This document shows positions 31,073-45,454 of a stretch of 64,000 nt of DNA, piece after piece; positions within the stretch are counted from its first letter, which is position 1; each line of letters opens with the position of its first letter. A program made the position numbers and the translations under genes. The notes under the pieces were generated by a model. It saw nothing but the letters and a program-made list of their open reading frames with translations. It made no database searches and was not told where the DNA came from. The DNA is from Methanobrevibacter sp. GTDB taxonomy: Archaea > Methanobacteriota > Methanobacteria > Methanobacteriales > Methanobacteriaceae. The DNA is taken from assembly GCF_017410345.1 (NCBI RefSeq), contig NZ_JAFQQZ010000017.1, positions 667 through 64,666 of the forward strand. Direction: 5' to 3'.

Positions 31073-31513
31073 CTCTGATTTTTTTTATTTATAGCTTTAC
31101 TAAATTTAAATTTTTAAATTAACATTTTTTCAAGGTTTTTTAATTGTTAATGTCTTATTTAAATCATATTTAAATTTATATTGTATTTGAATTTAGAATT
31201 TATTCTACTGGAATTGGGTGATTTATTGGTATATTAAAGGGGGAAAATGGTTTTTATTTGTAATATGACGATTTTATCTATTTTTACATTTTTCTAATTT
31301 TTATTATGAATAAGATCACATTCCGTTTTAATTATTGATTAAATCGATTCTATGATGGTGAAGAAGTAAGGGATTATAAAAAATAGTGAAAATATTAAAT
31401 TTTATATTTAAAGTTTATGCTATGTTTAATAATTAAAAATTCTATTTAGAAAAAGTTATTTCATTATATATTGTTTAAAAATATTGTTTAAAAAGTTTTA
31501 TCGGAGGAATATT

Positions 31514-31762
31514 TTGGCATTTAATATATTAAACCATAGTGCTGTTCCTAAGCACGAAATTTTGTCTGATGATGAAATTGAAGAAATTTTTGCAGATGTT
31601 GATTATGACATCAGTCAACTTCCAAAAATTAAAGTAAATGATCCTGTTTCTAAAGCAATTGGTGCTGAAGAAGGTCAAGTTTTAAAAATAACTCGTAAAA
31701 GTGAAACTGCAGGCATATTTGTCACATATAGGCTTGTCAGTGGAGAAAACAATCAAAAATAG
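31514..31762 (+). CDS. rpoH: RNA polymerase subunit H (Rpo5)
   Basis: TTG start after GGAGG; HSAVPKHEIL, QLPKIKVNDP, ITRKSETAG, YRLV. Confidence 0.96.
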   Translation: MAFNILNHSAVPKHEILSDDEIEEIFADVDYDISQLPKIKVNDPVSKAIGAEEGQVLKITRKSETAGIFVTYRLVSGENNQK

Positions 31763-31865
31763 ACTTTTTATAAATTATTTTTAAAATGAATTATTCTAAA
31801 AAATTATAAACTAAAAAATTTTCATGTAGATTTTTAAACTGATTGTATTATTTTGGAGATATTAA

Positions 31866-33434
31866 ATGAAAAATAAGACATGGGGTTTAGTAGATTCATT
31901 TTTTGATAAATATGATATTGTAGACCATCATATTAAATCTTATAATGATTTTGTAGAAAATCGTATACAAAACATTATTGATATCACTGAACCAATTACT
32001 ATAGAAAACGAAAAGGGAAATTATACCTTAAGAACCGGTAAGATCAAAATTGAAAAGCCATTCACTAAAGAGGCAGACGGTTCCAAAAGCATGATTTATC
32101 CTACTGAAGCAAGACTTAGAAACTTAAACTATTCTGCTCACATGTACTTGGAAATGGCATTGCATGACAATAACAGTGATGAAGAGGAAGAATTGGAAGA
32201 GGTTTACATCGGTGAATTGCCTCTCATGCTCAAATCCAGCATCTGCCATTTGCATGGACTTACTGATAAGGAATTGATGGAAAAAGGGGAAGACCCTAAA
32301 GACCCAGGAGGCTACTTCATTGTAAACGGTTCTGAAAGAGCTGTTGTAACCATGGAAGAGATCGCTCCTAACAAGATTATCCTTGAGAGAATTGATGAGC
32401 CTGAAGATAGGCACGCTAAAGCTATTGTAACTTCAATCAAAAGTGGTTTCAGAGCAAGAATTACCTTAGAATATAAGAAACCACGTAAAAGCGGAGTTTT
32501 CTTAAGAATCTCTTTCCCATATGTTCCTGGAGAAATTCCTTTAGTAATCTTGCTTAGAGCATTAGGATTATCAACTGATCAAGAAATCATTACAAAAATT
32601 TCTGAAGATTTCGACTTCCAGATGTATATTGCAGATGACCTTCAAGTATCTGAAAAGGACTTGAAATTGGATTCAGATCTAATGGCAGACATGACCCAAG
32701 AGGAAAGAAAGGAATATATGAGAATGGCTGCTATCAAGTACATCGGTAATAGAGTGGCTAAAGGAATGACTGAAGAGTACAGAATCAAGCGTGCTGAAGA
32801 CGTCATTGACAGATACCTATTGCCTCACATGGGAATTGAATCTGACAAACGTTATGACAAGGCTATTTACTTGGCAGAAATGACTGAAATGTTGCTTCAA
32901 GTAATTGAAGGTCAAAGAGAACCTCACGACAAGGACCATTACACCAATAAGAGATTAAGAGTCTCCGGTGACTTGATGGAAGACTTGTTCAGAGTGGCAT
33001 TCTCTTCCTTGACAAGAGACATGAGCTACCAACTTGAAAGAAGCTTGTCCAGAGGAAAGGAACTTTCAATCAAGCAAGCTGTCCGTTCCGATGTTTTGAC
33101 TGAAAACATCAAGCATGCAATCGCTACCGGTAATTGGGTTGGCGGAAGAGCTGGGGTAAGCCAGCTTTTAGACAGAGTAAGTTACATGGCAACACTTTCC
33201 CACTTAAGAAGGGTTGTATCCCCTCTTACAAGAAGTCAGCCTCACTTTGAAGCTAGGGACTTGCACCCTACTCAATTCGGTAAGATATGTCCTAACGAAA
33301 CTCCGGAAGGACCAAACTGTGGATTAGTAAAGAATTTAGCTCTAATGTGTAAAATTTCTGAAGGTTTCGATGTTGAAGAAGACCAGAAACTTGTAAACAT
33401 CATTAGAGACATGGATGTAGAGATGATAGATTAG
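31866..33434 (+). CDS. rpoB2: RNA polymerase subunit B'' (Rpo2N)
   Basis: [35 protein letters not shown]. Confidence 0.97.
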   Translation: MKNKTWGLVDSFFDKYDIVDHHIKSYNDFVENRIQNIIDITEPITIENEKGNYTLRTGKIKIEKPFTKEADGSKSMIYPTEARLRNLNYSAHMYLEMALHDNNSDEEEELEEVYIGELPLMLKSSICHLHGLTDKELMEKGEDPKDPGGYFIVNGSERAVVTMEEIAPNKIILERIDEPEDRHAKAIVTSIKSGFRARITLEYKKPRKSGVFLRISFPYVPGEIPLVILLRALGLSTDQEIITKISEDFDFQMYIADDLQVSEKDLKLDSDLMADMTQEERKEYMRMAAIKYIGNRVAKGMTEEYRIKRAEDVIDRYLLPHMGIESDKRYDKAIYLAEMTEMLLQVIEGQREPHDKDHYTNKRLRVSGDLMEDLFRVAFSSLTRDMSYQLERSLSRGKELSIKQAVRSDVLTENIKHAIATGNWVGGRAGVSQLLDRVSYMATLSHLRRVVSPLTRSQPHFEARDLHPTQFGKICPNETPEGPNCGLVKNLALMCKISEGFDVEEDQKLVNIIRDMDVEMID

Positions 33435-33447
33435 TCGGAGGAATTTT

Positions 33448-35259
33448 ATGGTAAGAGCTAAAATTTATATCAACGGTAAACTTACTGGTTATTGCGACAA
33501 TCCTGAAGAGTTCACCAATGAAATGCGTGATAAAAGAAGAAAAGGTCAGATCAATAATGAGATGAACATTACCTATTATGATGATAATCACGAAATCTAC
33601 ATTTTCACTGACCCTGGTAGGGCAAGAAGACCTTTAATCCTTGTTTATGATGGCCAGCCAGCACTTACAGATGAGCATATGGAAGCCATTGCAAACGGTG
33701 AATTGAAATGGGATGAATTATTCGAAAAAGGCATCTTGGAATACTTGGATGCTGAAGAGGAGGAAAATTCCTATATTGCAATGAATTTAAGCCAATTGAA
33801 TGAAGATCACACTCATTTGGAAATTGACCCTTCAACCATGTTAGGTATTTGTGCAGGAATCATTCCATTTTCAGACCATAACTCCTCTCCAAGGAACACT
33901 ATGGAAGCAGGGATGACCAAACAGGCATTAGGATTATATGTATCAAATTATGCATTGCGTACCGATACCCGTGCACACTTATTGCACCATCCTCAAACTC
34001 CTATAGTAAAGACAAGAATCATTGATGCCATCAATTATGATTCAAGGCCATCCGGTCAGAACTTGGTTGTAGCCCTCATGTCTTACGAAGGATATAACAT
34101 GGAAGACGCAATGATTCTAAACAAATCATCTCTTGAAAGAGGTATGGGAAGATCAAGTTTCTTCAGATCTTACGAAGCTTCTGAAAGAAGATATCCTGGT
34201 GGACAAGAGGACAAGTTTGAAGTTCCGGAAAAAGGAGTTAAAGGATACCGCAGTGAAGAATCCTACAGAAACTTGGATGAAGACGGTATTGTCAATCCGG
34301 AATCACATGTTGAATCAGGTGATGTGTTAATCGGTAAGACCTCCCCTCCAAGATTCTTGGGAGAAATCGACGAGTTCGGTACAGTTGCAGAAAAAAGAAG
34401 AGAAACTTCCGTCACTGTAAGACATGGTGAAAAGGGTATTGTCGATGCAGTGCTTTTAACCGAAACTGTCGAAGGAAGCAAATTGACTAAAATAAGAGTA
34501 AGAGACACAAGACAACCTGAATTCGGTGACAAATTTGCATCAAGACACGGTCAGAAAGGGGTTGTAGGTCTTATCTTATCTCAAGATGACATTCCATTTA
34601 CAGAAGATGGTGTAGTGCCTGATATCATTGTAAACCCACACGCGATTCCTTCAAGGATGTCTGTCGGACAGGTATTGGAAATGGTAGCAGGTAAGGCAGG
34701 ATGTATGGAAGGACATCGTATGGACGGTACTCCATTCAATGAGACTGTTGAAGGTGAAATCAAACGTGCCCTTAAGGAAAATGGCTTCGAATCAGCAGGA
34801 TGCGAATCATTATACAATGGTGTTACTGGTGAACGTATTGAAGCTGAAATCTTTGTAGGTGTTGCATATTACCAAAAACTTCACCACATGACAACCGATA
34901 AGGTTTATGCTCGTTCCACTGGTCCTGTACAAGTGCTTACAAGACAGCCAACTGAAGGTAGAGCACGTGAAGGTGGTTTAAGATTCGGTGAAATGGAAAG
35001 GGACTGTCTTATTGCACATGGTGCAGCTCTCGCATTGAAAGAAAGATTATTGGATGAATCCGACAAATATGAAGCGGTTGTCTGTAATGAATGTGGAATG
35101 CTGGCAGTATATGACAAGAATAAGCGTAAGATGTACTGCCCAATATGTGGAGACAGCGAAACTTACCCTGTTGAAATTTCATATGCATTCAAATTATTAT
35201 TAGATGAACTTAAAAGTTTATGTATTTTCCCTAAATTAGTTCTTGGGGACAAAGCTTAA
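33448..35259 (+). CDS. rpoB1: RNA polymerase subunit B' (Rpo2C)
   Basis: [38 protein letters not shown]. Confidence 0.97.
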   Translation: MVRAKIYINGKLTGYCDNPEEFTNEMRDKRRKGQINNEMNITYYDDNHEIYIFTDPGRARRPLILVYDGQPALTDEHMEAIANGELKWDELFEKGILEYLDAEEEENSYIAMNLSQLNEDHTHLEIDPSTMLGICAGIIPFSDHNSSPRNTMEAGMTKQALGLYVSNYALRTDTRAHLLHHPQTPIVKTRIIDAINYDSRPSGQNLVVALMSYEGYNMEDAMILNKSSLERGMGRSSFFRSYEASERRYPGGQEDKFEVPEKGVKGYRSEESYRNLDEDGIVNPESHVESGDVLIGKTSPPRFLGEIDEFGTVAEKRRETSVTVRHGEKGIVDAVLLTETVEGSKLTKIRVRDTRQPEFGDKFASRHGQKGVVGLILSQDDIPFTEDGVVPDIIVNPHAIPSRMSVGQVLEMVAGKAGCMEGHRMDGTPFNETVEGEIKRALKENGFESAGCESLYNGVTGERIEAEIFVGVAYYQKLHHMTTDKVYARSTGPVQVLTRQPTEGRAREGGLRFGEMERDCLIAHGAALALKERLLDESDKYEAVVCNECGMLAVYDKNKRKMYCPICGDSETYPVEISYAFKLLLDELKSLCIFPKLVLGDKA

Positions 35260-35306
35260 GAAATAAGGTGTTGAAATAAAAATAAATTTTTTAAGGAGCC
35301 AATATT

Positions 35307-38111
35307 TTGAAAGGAATTATTAAAAAAATTGATAGAATTAATTTTGGATTAATGTCACCGGAACAGATTAGGGAAATGTCCGTTGTTAAAATAGAAAGGC
35401 CGGACACTTACGATGAGGACGGTTATCCTATTGAATCAGGATTGATGGATTCTCGCCTTGGTGTTATTGATCCTAGTTTAAAATGCCGCACATGCGGTGA
35501 AAAAGGTGGGGAATGTCAAGGTCACTTCGGTATGATTGAGCTTGCAAGACCTGTCATCCATGTCGGTTTCGGGGATGACATTCACAAAATCCTACGGTCC
35601 ACCTGCAGCGAATGTGGACGTGTGCTCTTGGATGAAGATGAAATCGAAGATTTCACCGAAAGAATGGAAGAACTCCACGAAGCAGGAGAAAGTGTGGAAG
35701 AACTTGTAAAAGAAGTATATAAAATCTGTAAGGATAAAAAGACCAAAGAGGTATGTCCTCACTGTGGTGCAGAACAGGAAGACATCAAGATTGTCAAGCC
35801 AATCGATATCATTGAAGTTCGCAAACAATATGATGAAAATGGAGAACTCATCACTGATGACAATGGTGTTCCAGTAACAGAAGACTATGACTTAACCGCA
35901 TCTGAAGTACGTGAAAAGCTTCAACGCATTCCAGATGAAGACTCCTATGTCTTAGGAGTAAACCCTGAAGTAGCACGTCCAGAATGGATGGTATTAACTG
36001 TACTTCCTGTCCCTCCTGTAACTGTAAGACCTTCAATCACCCTTGATACCGGTGAAAGATCCGAAGACGACTTAACACACAAGCTTGTTGATATCTTAAG
36101 AATCAACCAAAGATTGATTGAGAACATGGATGCCGGTGCTCCACAACTTATTGTAGAGGACCTTTGGAAATTACTTCAATACCATGTAACCACCTACTTT
36201 GACAATGAAGCAAGTGGTGTACCTCCTGCAAGACACAGAAGCGGAAGGCCATTAAAAACATTAGCTCAAAGATTAAAAGGTAAGGAAGGAAGATTCAGAA
36301 GCAACCTATCAGGTAAACGTGTAAATTTCTCAGCACGTACCGTAATCTCACCTGACCCAAACATCAGTATCAATGAAGTCGGTGTTCCTGAAATGATTGC
36401 AAAGGAAGTAACCGTACCTACCTATGTAAATGAATGGAACGTTGAAGAGCTAAAAGAAGCTATTATGAATGGTCCAAATGTCCATCCTGGAGCTAACTAT
36501 GTTAAAAAGACCATCAATGGCAAAGAGATGAAGGTCAGAGTCTTAGAGGATAACAGAGAATTAGTCGCTGAAAACCTTGAATATGGTGATATCGTAATGA
36601 GACATCTTAAGGATGGAGATATTGTTTTATTCAACCGTCAGCCTTCCCTTCACAGAATGAGTATGATGGCTCACGAAGTAAGAGTATTGCCTTACAAGAC
36701 ATTCAGATTAAACCTTTGTGTATGTCCTCCATACAATGCGGACTTTGACGGAGACGAAATGAACATGCACGTTTTCCAAACCGACGAATCCCGTGCCGAA
36801 GCGAAATCCTTGATGAGAGTACAGGAACACATCTTGTCTCCAAGGTTTGGTGGACCGATCATCGGTGCTATTCACGACCACATCAGTGGAGCATACCTTT
36901 TAACTCGTGACGGATTCACAGTTCCAGAAGATGACGCTTTCCAAATGATTAGAAAATCACATCTTCTTAACAATGAGTATGTTGATAAGAAACACTTGAA
37001 ACGTAAAAATCGTGATTGGACCGGTAAGGAATTATTCAGCTTGCTCTTACCAGATGACCTTAACATGAACTATAAGGCTGAAATCTGCAGAAAATGTGAA
37101 ACCTGTCTTAAGGAAGACTGCCAATACGATGCATTCGTAGTAATCAAAGACGGTCAATTGACCCATGGTGCTATTGACGAAGCTGCATACGGTTCCTTCT
37201 CAGGTAAGATTTTGGATACAATCGTTAAGGAATATGGTCCATCCCGTGCAAAAGAGTTCTTGGACAGATCCACTGACCTTGCTATCTGCGGAATCATGAA
37301 AACAGGTATTACCACTGGTACCAACGATGAAGAGATTCCAGAAGAAGCTATTGAGGTTATTGATGCTCACTTGGATAAGGCTGAACAGGAAGTAGATAAG
37401 TTAATTGCTACCTATGAGGAAGGACTTCTCCAACCGTTACCAGGTAGAAGTGCAGAGGAAACCTTGGAAATGCGTATTGTGCAGGTTCTAGGGGAAGCTA
37501 GGGACACAGCAGGGGAAATCGCAGAAGGTTACCTTACCATGGGTAAACAATCTCCAGATGACTCCTATGATTATATGATGGCTGTTGAAAACCACTCTGT
37601 TGTTATGGCTCGTACCGGTGCAAGGGCATCCATGTTGAACCTTGCTCAGATTACCGCTTGTGTAGGACAGCAATCTGTTCGTGGTGGACGTATTACAAGA
37701 GGATACTTGGCTAGACCATTGCCTCACTTCAGAAAGCATGAGTTAGGGGCAAGAGCAAAAGGATTTGTACATTCCAGTTATAAGGAAGGATTGGATCCAG
37801 TGGAATTCTTCTTCCACGCAATGGGTGGAAGAGAAGGTCTTGTAGATACAGCTATCCGTACAGCACAATCCGGTTACATGCAAAGAAGACTTGTAAATGC
37901 ACTTGAAGACTTGAATGTTGAATCAAACGGATTGGTTACCGATAACAAAGGTCAAGTTATTCAAAGTGTATTCGGTGAAGAAGGTATTGATCCGGCAAAA
38001 AGTGACTTCGGTCATGTAGCAAACCTAGACAAACTTATTGACGAAATGCGTATTAAAAATAACATGTCTAAATCAGCTAAAAATGCTGAAAAAGGAATGG
38101 AGAAAGCTTAA
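35307..38111 (+). CDS. rpoA1: RNA polymerase subunit A' (Rpo1N)
   Basis: TTG start; catalytic YNADFDGDEMN, NRQPSLH, bridge helix DTAIRTAQSGYMQRRL. Confidence 0.98.
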   Translation: MKGIIKKIDRINFGLMSPEQIREMSVVKIERPDTYDEDGYPIESGLMDSRLGVIDPSLKCRTCGEKGGECQGHFGMIELARPVIHVGFGDDIHKILRSTCSECGRVLLDEDEIEDFTERMEELHEAGESVEELVKEVYKICKDKKTKEVCPHCGAEQEDIKIVKPIDIIEVRKQYDENGELITDDNGVPVTEDYDLTASEVREKLQRIPDEDSYVLGVNPEVARPEWMVLTVLPVPPVTVRPSITLDTGERSEDDLTHKLVDILRINQRLIENMDAGAPQLIVEDLWKLLQYHVTTYFDNEASGVPPARHRSGRPLKTLAQRLKGKEGRFRSNLSGKRVNFSARTVISPDPNISINEVGVPEMIAKEVTVPTYVNEWNVEELKEAIMNGPNVHPGANYVKKTINGKEMKVRVLEDNRELVAENLEYGDIVMRHLKDGDIVLFNRQPSLHRMSMMAHEVRVLPYKTFRLNLCVCPPYNADFDGDEMNMHVFQTDESRAEAKSLMRVQEHILSPRFGGPIIGAIHDHISGAYLLTRDGFTVPEDDAFQMIRKSHLLNNEYVDKKHLKRKNRDWTGKELFSLLLPDDLNMNYKAEICRKCETCLKEDCQYDAFVVIKDGQLTHGAIDEAAYGSFSGKILDTIVKEYGPSRAKEFLDRSTDLAICGIMKTGITTGTNDEEIPEEAIEVIDAHLDKAEQEVDKLIATYEEGLLQPLPGRSAEETLEMRIVQVLGEARDTAGEIAEGYLTMGKQSPDDSYDYMMAVENHSVVMARTGARASMLNLAQITACVGQQSVRGGRITRGYLARPLPHFRKHELGARAKGFVHSSYKEGLDPVEFFFHAMGGREGLVDTAIRTAQSGYMQRRLVNALEDLNVESNGLVTDNKGQVIQSVFGEEGIDPAKSDFGHVANLDKLIDEMRIKNNMSKSAKNAEKGMEKA

Positions 38112-38114
38112 TAA

Positions 38115-39803
<1,689 letters not shown>

Positions 39804-40174
39804 AATTAGAAGATTATTAAGAATTTATTAAGAATTAATTAAATATTTTTAATATTTTCTTAATTTTTATTATTTATTTATATTATAATTTTCATATTCA
39901 TAGTTATTCTTAAACTTGATTTTAAGAATGATTTTATTGTAAAATATTCTATTAAAATATCAATAAATTATAAATAATAGATGTATTATAATTAAATGTA
40001 ATAGTTTAATTTCATATTTGTTATTTAATTTTATTTGTTTGATAGCACATATTTTATTACTCTATGAAAATTTTATCTTGAGTAAGGTATGATTTATCCT
40101 GATGGAGTTATAATCTGCGATAAATTTCTTATCTTGAGATAGATGATTTTTTTAATTTAAAATTTAGGAGGCAG

Positions 40175-40474
40175 ATGATGGATATAGAAAGAGGAATAAG
40201 AGTTGCAGTAGACACAGGAGATGTCACTCTCGGCTCAGAAAAATCTATTCAATCTTTAAAATTAGGTAAAGGTAGACTTGCAGTTGTTGCAGCTAACAGT
40301 CCTAAAGAAATTTTAGAAGATGTGGAATACTACGCAAATCTCTCTGAAATTCCTTTCATAGTATATGAAGGTACTAGTGTAGACTTAGGCTCTGTTTGTG
40401 GTAAACCATTTACTGTTGCTACTTTAATCATAAACGATCCAGGAGATTCTACTATCTTAGAAGCAATGGGGTAG
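40175..40474 (+). CDS. rpl30e: 50S ribosomal protein L30e
   Basis: AVDTGDVTLG, LGSVCGKPF, DPGDSTIL; RBS AGGAGG. Confidence 0.97.
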   Translation: MMDIERGIRVAVDTGDVTLGSEKSIQSLKLGKGRLAVVAANSPKEILEDVEYYANLSEIPFIVYEGTSVDLGSVCGKPFTVATLIINDPGDSTILEAMG

Positions 40475-40479
40475 ATTTT

Positions 40480-40911
40480 GTGTCTATTAAATTTAATGCA
40501 AATGAAATCCGTTTCATAGCTCTCTTTGAGAGTATGACTGGTGCAATGGTTAAGGATTGCATCCTTGATGATGAAAATTCCAAAGTTACCTTTGTCGTTA
40601 AGAATGGGGATATGGGTTTAGCTATTGGTAAAGGCGGAAGCACTGTAACCAAGGTTAAAAAAGCAGTTGGAAGAGGAGTAGAAATCATTGAGCATAACGA
40701 AGATCCTGCTCAATTCATTAAGAATGTATTATCCCCTGCTGAACTCAAATCCATTAAAATAGTTGAGAAAAGTAACGATGAAAAGATAGCTATTGTCAAT
40801 ACAGATTCTTCCAATAAAAGAATAGCTATTGGTAAAAATGGTATCAACATCGAAAGAGCAAAATTATTAGCGAAAAGACAACATGAAATAAATAACATTA
40901 TTTTAAAATAA
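40480..40911 (+). CDS. nusA: archaeal NusA (KH domains)
   Basis: FESMTGA, GDMGLAIGKGG, AIGKNGINI. Confidence 0.95.
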   Translation: MSIKFNANEIRFIALFESMTGAMVKDCILDDENSKVTFVVKNGDMGLAIGKGGSTVTKVKKAVGRGVEIIEHNEDPAQFIKNVLSPAELKSIKIVEKSNDEKIAIVNTDSSNKRIAIGKNGINIERAKLLAKRQHEINNIILK

Positions 40912-41632
40912 TTCTTTTAAAATATTTCTTTTAAAATAAGATTTATTCATTTTCTTTTTTTATTCTTTTTAAAAATAATTTTGTTTTGCATTATTGTTTA
41001 TGATTAATTCACATAATCTAAAAATGTAAATTTAGATTATGTCAAACTTTTTTTTATTTTTTTACATAGTATATTACTATCAAAAAACCAAACATTTATT
41101 AATAAAGTTATTATAATATATTATTATAATAGGTAACATTATGTTATATTAACATTTGTGTGTAAAAAATTTTATCTTAATTTTTAATGTTAATTAATAT
41201 AATTTATAAGCTATAATTTCTTTATTTCTAAAACTGATAGCTATGTGTGCGTTTTGCTATAGTTTTCTTGTATTTATTATAGTTTGCCTATATTATTTTC
41301 ACATCATTGGATTCATAAATTGAATTTCAATGATTACAGCATTAATTGAATCAATCACAGACAATATTTGATTAATGCATTTAATTAGATTCTATACTTA
41401 TATTCTATTTTGTATAGGAGTTTTGATTGCTATTATATGGTCATTTTATCGTATAATTTTAGTATTTTGAATCTGAATTAAGCTTAATCACCTTGGTTTG
41501 GATGTTAGTTTGAATTTTTGAATATAATAGTAAATCGCAGCGGTGGACTTCTATCTGATGGAATTAATTATTTTAATCTTATTATTTATTCAAAAAGACG
41601 TTTGTCGTAAAAAATGAAGAGGAAGAATAAAT

Positions 41633-42058
41633 ATGCCAGGACTTTTTGCAGCTAAAAAGCTTAAAAAGAATAGACAAAATTTTAAATGGAAAGACGTAGA
41701 CTACAAAAGAAGAGCATTACGTTTAGATGTAAAAGCAGACCCTCTTGAAGGGGCACCTCAAGCTAGAGGAATCGTTATCGAAAAAGTAGGAATTGAAGCA
41801 AAGCAACCTAACTCTGCTATTCGTAAATGTGTTCGTGTTCAATTGATCAAAAACGGTAAACAATTAACTGCATTCGCACCAGGTGACGGTGCAATCGGTT
41901 TTATCGATGAGCACGATGAAGTTATGATTGAAGGTATCGGTGGACCATCTGGAAGATCCATGGGTGACATTCCAGGAGTTCGTTGGAAAGTAAGTAAAGT
42001 TAACAATGTTGCTTTATCCGAAATGGTAAGCGGAAAAATTGATAAACCAGTAAGATAA
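41633..42058 (+). CDS. rps12: 30S ribosomal protein uS12
   Basis: [22 protein letters not shown]. Confidence 0.98.
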   Translation: MPGLFAAKKLKKNRQNFKWKDVDYKRRALRLDVKADPLEGAPQARGIVIEKVGIEAKQPNSAIRKCVRVQLIKNGKQLTAFAPGDGAIGFIDEHDEVMIEGIGGPSGRSMGDIPGVRWKVSKVNNVALSEMVSGKIDKPVR

Positions 42059-42072
42059 TTGAGGTAATTTTT

Positions 42073-42633
<561 letters not shown>

Positions 42634-42819
42634 TTTTAGTGTTTTTAATAATTATAGAATTAATCAGAATTTTCTTTTTAATTTCTTTTTTAAATTTTTA
42701 AAAAAGTCTTTTAATCAAATTCTGTTTAATTTTTATATTTTTTATATTTTTTAATTTAAAAGACATAATATTGACTAAAATATAGACAAATAATAAACTA
42801 ATGTTTATAGGTGATGATT

Positions 42820-45015
42820 TTGAGTAGACGAGACAAAATGATTGCAAAAATCAAAGAATTGATGTATCAACCTACAAATATCAGAAACATCGGTATTTGT
42901 GCACACATTGACCACGGAAAGACTACCTTATCCGACAACCTCTTGGCAGGTGCGGGAATGATTTCCGAAGAGCTTGCTGGAGATCAAAGATTCTTGGATT
43001 TTGACGAACAAGAACAAGCTCGTGGTATTACCATTGACGCTGCAAACGTATCTATGGTACACGAATACCATGGTGACGAATATCTTATTAACTTAATTGA
43101 CACTCCTGGTCACGTTGACTTCGGTGGAGACGTAACTCGTGCAATGAGAGCTGTAGACGGTGCAGTAGTAGTTGTATGTGCAGTTGAAGGTATCATGCCT
43201 CAAACTGAAACTGTACTCAGACAAGCTTTAAGAGAAAAAGTTAAACCAGTATTGTTCATTAACAAAGTAGACAGATTAATCAACGAAGTAAAATTAGGAC
43301 CAGAAGAATTGGCAAACAAATTTATCGGCATCATCAATGAAGCTAACAAATTAATCACTAAAATGGCTCCTAAAGACAAAAAGGACGAATGGCTTGTAAA
43401 AGTGGATGACGGTAGTGTAGCATTCGGTTCAGCATACCACAATTGGGCTATCAACATTCCTATGATGCAAGAAACCGGAATCAACTTCAAAGACATCATT
43501 GATTACTGTAATGATGAAAACCAAAAGGAATTAGCTAAAAAAGTACCTTTAGCTGATGTATTATTAGGTATGGTAGTAGAACACTTACCTTCTCCTGAAG
43601 TTTCCCAACAATACAGATGTCCTAACATTTGGGATGGAGACATTGAAAGTGAAGCTGGTCAAACCATGATTCACACTAGTCCTGACGGACCTTTAGCTGT
43701 AATGGTCACTAACGTATCTGTAGACAAGCACGCTGGTGAAGTAGCTACCGGTAGAGTATATGGTGGTACTGTAGAACAAGGTACTGAAGTGTTCTTGGTA
43801 GGAGGTCAAGCCAGATCAAGAGTACAGCAAGTAGGTGTTTTCTTCGGTCCTGAAAGAGTTCCTACCGAAAAGGTTCCTGCTGGTAACATTGTTTACATTA
43901 CCGGTGCAAAAGGAGCTACCGCAGGTGAAACCATCTGTTCCCCTGAAAACAAGATTGTAGAGTTCGAAGGAATCGAACACATCTCCGAACCTGTAGTTAC
44001 TGTAGCTGTAGAAGCTAAAAACACTAAGGACTTACCAAAACTCATTGAAGTATTAAGACAAACTGCAAAAGAAGACCCTACAATTCACGTTAACATTAAC
44101 GAAGAAACCGGTGAACACTTAGTTTCCGGTATGGGGGAGCTTCACTTGGAAGTTATCGGTGTAAGAATCAACAACAAAGGTGTAGATATCAACACTTCCG
44201 AACCTATTGTTGTATACAGAGAAACCGTTGCAGGAAAAACTGCAAATCCTGTAGAAGGTAAATCCCCTAACAAGCATAACAGATTATACCTTGAAGTTGC
44301 ACCTTTAGAGGATTCAATATTCGCAGCATTGCAAAACGGTGACATCAAGGAAGGTAAGATCAAAGATAAGGAAGAAGCTCAAAAATTCATTGAACATGGC
44401 CTTGACAAGGAAGAGGCTAGAAGAGTATGGGATGTTTACAACAAATCCTTATTCATCAACATGACTCGTGGTATTCAATACTTAGATGAAATCAAAGAGC
44501 TTGTCATTGAAGGTTTCGAATCTGCACTTGAAGAAGGACCGGTTGCAAACGAGATTGCAATGGGTATGAAATTCACTCTTGTAGATGCAAAACTTCACGA
44601 AGACGCAGTTCACAGAGGGCCTGCTCAAATTTTACCTGCTATCCGTAACGCTATTAAGGGTGGTATGATGATGGCTGACCCTACATTGCTTGAACCTGTT
44701 CAAAAGGTTTTCATTAACACCCCAACTGACTACATGGGATCAGTTACCAAGGAAATCTTGAATAGAAGAGGTCAAATCATCGACATGCCAACTGAAGGTG
44801 ACATGGTAAACGTTGAAGCTAAAGTGCCTGTAGCTGAAATGTTTGGTTTTGCTGGTGAAATCAGATCTGCAACTCAAGGTAGATGTTTATGGTCTACTGA
44901 AAACTCTGGTTTCGAAAGATTACCAAGAGAATTGCAAAGTCAAATTATCAGACAAATCAGAGAAAGAAAAGGATTATCTCCAGAACCATTTGGTCCTGAC
45001 CACTACTTAGGATAA
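42820..45015 (+). CDS. fusA: elongation factor EF-2
   Basis: [26 protein letters not shown], diphthamide-site HEDAVHRG; TTG start after GGTGA. Confidence 0.98.
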   Translation: MSRRDKMIAKIKELMYQPTNIRNIGICAHIDHGKTTLSDNLLAGAGMISEELAGDQRFLDFDEQEQARGITIDAANVSMVHEYHGDEYLINLIDTPGHVDFGGDVTRAMRAVDGAVVVVCAVEGIMPQTETVLRQALREKVKPVLFINKVDRLINEVKLGPEELANKFIGIINEANKLITKMAPKDKKDEWLVKVDDGSVAFGSAYHNWAINIPMMQETGINFKDIIDYCNDENQKELAKKVPLADVLLGMVVEHLPSPEVSQQYRCPNIWDGDIESEAGQTMIHTSPDGPLAVMVTNVSVDKHAGEVATGRVYGGTVEQGTEVFLVGGQARSRVQQVGVFFGPERVPTEKVPAGNIVYITGAKGATAGETICSPENKIVEFEGIEHISEPVVTVAVEAKNTKDLPKLIEVLRQTAKEDPTIHVNINEETGEHLVSGMGELHLEVIGVRINNKGVDINTSEPIVVYRETVAGKTANPVEGKSPNKHNRLYLEVAPLEDSIFAALQNGDIKEGKIKDKEEAQKFIEHGLDKEEARRVWDVYNKSLFINMTRGIQYLDEIKELVIEGFESALEEGPVANEIAMGMKFTLVDAKLHEDAVHRGPAQILPAIRNAIKGGMMMADPTLLEPVQKVFINTPTDYMGSVTKEILNRRGQIIDMPTEGDMVNVEAKVPVAEMFGFAGEIRSATQGRCLWSTENSGFERLPRELQSQIIRQIRERKGLSPEPFGPDHYLG

Positions 45016-45454
45016 TCTAAGTAGCAATTAGGATAATCTTTTATCTTAATTTATTTGATCTGTTTTTATTTTAAACATTAGGAATTCATTTTCCTAATCT
45101 TTAATATTTTTTATTATATTTTTCATTAATTTCATTCATAATTTTTTTATAATTTTTTTAGTTATTTTCATATTAAAAAAATAGTATATATAATCATATA
45201 GTTTATATATAATAAAAAATAAAATAATATACATATAGTTGAGTATTCATATATTACATGTGATTTATTTTATATTGCATGTAATTGTTACCATGTAATT
45301 TTTACATGTAAGTTAGAATAGATCATGTTGGTATAGGTAATGAAAAATGAATTTACTTTATCTATTAATATTCAACAAATTAAATAACTTAACAAATAAT
45401 AATACTTAATTATATACTTAACTTATATACAATTTATAAAAAGAGGTTTTTATA

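Noticed and set aside
31247-31297. 16-codon ORF after GGGGGAAA upstream of rpoH
   Set aside because: Too short, with no supporting features; compatible with chance in AT-rich DNA.
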